From Candidatus Magasanikiibacteriota bacterium (lineage in GTDB: Bacteria > Patescibacteriota > Patescibacteriia > Magasanikbacterales > UBA922), in contig DOMK01000006.1 in NCBI GenBank assembly GCA_003510435.1, positions 1-57,239 of the forward strand: a stretch of 57,239 nucleotides of DNA. The letters run 5' to 3'. How positions within the stretch are numbered: position 1 is the first letter of the stretch; the number at the start of each line of letters is the position of its first letter. Made by a program: the position numbers and the translations under genes. This document shows positions 55,257 through 57,239 of the stretch, one piece after another. The notes under the pieces are model-generated. The model saw only the letters and a program-made list of their open reading frames with translations. It ran no database searches and was not told the origin of the DNA.

Positions 55257-57239
55257 TTACTTCTTCATTTTTCTAAGCTCTTTTAACTCATCTCTAAGTA
55301 TAGCTGCTAGTTCAAACTGCAAATCTTTGGCTGCCTCCCGCATTTTTTCTTCTTTATCTTTAATAATTTCCTCAATTGGCCTGCTATCACCAAGTAAATC
55401 CAATTCAACTGTTTTATTTTTCGTAGTTCGTGTTTTCGTATCTTTCGTATTTCGTATTCCAAATTCTTCCAAAATATTTTTTATGGTTTTTTGTATGGTA
55501 CGCGGAGTAATATTATGTTTTTTATTATATGCCAATTGAATCTTGCGCCGACGATCAGTTTCTTTAATCGCTTTTGCAATTGACTTTGTAATATTGTCAG
55601 CATACATCACAACCTGACCATTGACATTTCTGGCTGCTCGACCAATCGTCTGGATCAAACTAATTTCATTACGCAAAAAGCCTTCTTTGTCTGCATCCAA
55701 AATGGCCACCAGAGATACTTCTGGAATATCCAAGCCTTCACGCAATAAATTGACACCAACAATTACATCAATTTCTCCCCGACGCAATTTGGTAATAATA
55801 TCCACTCGTTCAATTGTTTTGATATCACTATGTAAATATAATGTTTTTATTTTTTTCTCTTTCAAATAATCATTCAAATCTTCAGACATTTTCTTTGTCA
55901 GTGTCGTCACCAAAACCCGCTCTTTATTTTTTATCCGCTCTTCAATTCTAATTATTAAATCTTCTACTTGAGATAAATTTTCCTTTCGTAATTTCGTACC
56001 TTTCGTATTTCGTATCCCTGTTATTGGTCTAATCACCACCTCTGGATCAATCAAACCAGTTGGACGAACTACTTGTTCTACTATCTTGTCACTAGATTTA
56101 ATTTCAAATTCACTTGGTGTAGCTGAAACATAAATCGTCTGATTAACTCTCTTTTCAAATTCTTTAAAATTTAACGGCCGATTATCACGTGCGCTTGGCA
56201 ATCTAAAACCATGTTCTACCAAAGTATCTTTGCGTGATTTGTCTCCGGCATACATTCCACCAATTTGAGGTACTGTGACGTGGGATTCATCTATAACTGT
56301 TAGGTAGTTCATTCCGATCCGCCGATGAGGCGGAGAGGAATCCCTTTTTGAAACAATATCATTTGCATTAAAAATATCTTTATTTAATTTGATTTCCATT
56401 GCATTAGAAAGGGATCTCTCGGCTTCGCCTCGAGATGACGCCAAAAAATAATCCAACAATGTATATGGTGGCTCCCCTGCCATTCGTCCATCAAAATGTC
56501 GAGAATAATTTTCTATACCATTGCAATAGCCAATATTTTTTATCATTTCCAAATCATATTTTACTCTCCGTTTCAAACGTTCGTATTCCAAAACTTTTCC
56601 TTGTTTTTTAAATAATTCTAATTGTGATTTTAATTCTTCTTTGATTGTTTTGAAAGCTCGTTCGCGCATTTCTGGACTAGCCACATAGTGTTTGGCTGGA
56701 AATAGCCACATATCATTGCTTTCTACTTTTACTTTTCTAGTCAATGCATCTAATACCTCTATAATCTCTATACCCTCTCCTATTTCTAATCTATATATTA
56801 CTTCTTCGTTTACTGGCATTACTTCAAACACTTGTCCGCGTAACCGAAAAGTTCCCCGTTTCAAATCAGAATTCGTGCGTTCAAATTGCATAGCAATTAA
56901 TTGCGCCAACAAATCTTCACGATTTAATATTTGCCCTTTTTCCAAATGCAAAACAATTTTTTCATATTCTTCTGGTGAACCAAGACCGTAGATGCAAGAG
57001 ACTGAAGCGACGATAATAACATCTTGACGAGTCAAAAGTGCTTGGGTACAAGCATGACGCAGGCGATCAATCTCTTCATTTATTTGCGCTTCTTTTTCTA
57101 TATAAGTATCACTACCCGGCATGTAAGCCTCAGGTTGATAATAATCATAATATGACACAAAATATTCTACGGCATTCTCAGGAAAAAATTCTCTAAATTC
57201 ATTACACAGTTGCGCAGCCAAAGTTTTATTATGAGCAAT
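55257..57239 (-). CDS. uvrB: Excinuclease ABC subunit B, N-terminus beyond the window end
   Basis: Helicase motifs (DESHVTVPQIGGMYAGD…), C-terminal UVR domain (…AAKDLQFELAAILRDEL…). Carries a 135-bp in-frame repeat-element insertion just before the DESH motif and two TTCGTA-repeat insertions. Confidence 0.9.
   Translation of the reverse strand: MAHNKTLAAQLCNEFREFFPENAVEYFVSYYDYYQPEAYMPGSDTYIEKEAQINEEIDRLRHACTQALLTRQDVIIVASVSCIYGLGSPEEYEKIVLHLEKGQILNREDLLAQLIAMQFERTNSDLKRGTFRLRGQVFEVMPVNEEVIYRLEIGEGIEIIEVLDALTRKVKVESNDMWLFPAKHYVASPEMRERAFKTIKEELKSQLELFKKQGKVLEYERLKRRVKYDLEMIKNIGYCNGIENYSRHFDGRMAGEPPYTLLDYFLASSRGEAERSLSNAMEIKLNKDIFNANDIVSKRDSSPPHRRIGMNYLTVIDESHVTVPQIGGMYAGDKSRKDTLVEHGFRLPSARDNRPLNFKEFEKRVNQTIYVSATPSEFEIKSSDKIVEQVVRPTGLIDPEVVIRPITGIRNTKGTKLRKENLSQVEDLIIRIEERIKNKERVLVTTLTKKMSEDLNDYLKEKKIKTLYLHSDIKTIERVDIITKLRRGEIDVIVGVNLLREGLDIPEVSLVAILDADKEGFLRNEISLIQTIGRAARNVNGQVVMYADNITKSIAKAIKETDRRRKIQLAYNKKHNITPRTIQKTIKNILEEFGIRNTKDTKTRTTKNKTVELDLLGDSRPIEEIIKDKEEKMREAAKDLQFELAAILRDELKELRKMKK
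55419..55458. repeat. TTCGTA-type short repeats in frame in the uvrB C-terminal linker (encode RNTKDTKTRTTKN)
   Basis: tttcgtagttcgtgttttcgtatctttcgtatttcgtatt. Confidence 0.7.
55984..56016. repeat. TTCGTA-type short repeats in frame in uvrB (encode IRNTKGTKLRKEN)
   Basis: tttcgtaatttcgtacctttcgtatttcgtatc. Confidence 0.7.
56309..56443. repeat. Family-A element, complete copy, inserted in frame (135 bp, 45 aa) in uvrB
   Basis: Left arm cattccgatCCGCCgatgagGCGGagaggaatcccttttt. Right arm agaaagggatctctcggcttcgcctcgagatgacgcc. Encodes ASSRGEAERSLSNAMEIKLNKDIFNANDIVSKRDSSPPHRRIGMN between YTLLDYFL and YLTVIDESH. Confidence 0.85.

Overview
AT-rich (~33% GC), gene-dense bacterial chromosome segment, mostly minus-strand operons. 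Gene content looks like Candidate Phyla Radiation/Patescibacteria (inference): small genes, several GT2 glycosyltransferases, dTDP-sugar genes, an SLT-domain exported protein and a membrane-anchored ClpC. Recognisable blocks: proB-proA; SPFH protein; murA; ribA-ribD-ribE-ribH; a ~14 kb surface-glycan cluster (sugar nucleotidyltransferase, four GT2, RmlB, RmlD-like reductase, cupins, four NUDIX domains, two HIT genes); two divergent huge polytopic membrane proteins; a PEP-utilising mobile-domain protein coupled to a PD-(D/E)XK-like gene; GT4; dnaB; ybaB-recR; rplU; a dcw-like block (mraZ-rsmH-ftsL ... membrane ClpC ... WecA/MraY-like); uvrC, uvrA and partial uvrB. The most striking feature is a very dense load of small GC-rich palindromic repeat elements (at least 10 copies of one family in 57 kb). 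Some of them sit in frame inside essential genes (uvrB, a GT4 gene) in a Rickettsia-RPE-like manner. Other repeat families and observations: ATTAGTG triple direct repeats abutting start codons, including mraZ; a 38-bp AATCAGTGRAATC element; heptanucleotide SSRs inside uvrC and a membrane protein; TTCGTA-type in-frame repeats in uvrA/uvrB. Two small GxxExxY nuclease-family genes are bracketed by inverted repeat copies. Three short high-GC islands carry TTGACA-type promoters (strong SD on two), and there is a ~440-nt GC-rich structured RNA candidate. No CRISPR array, cas gene, tRNA or rRNA was recognised.
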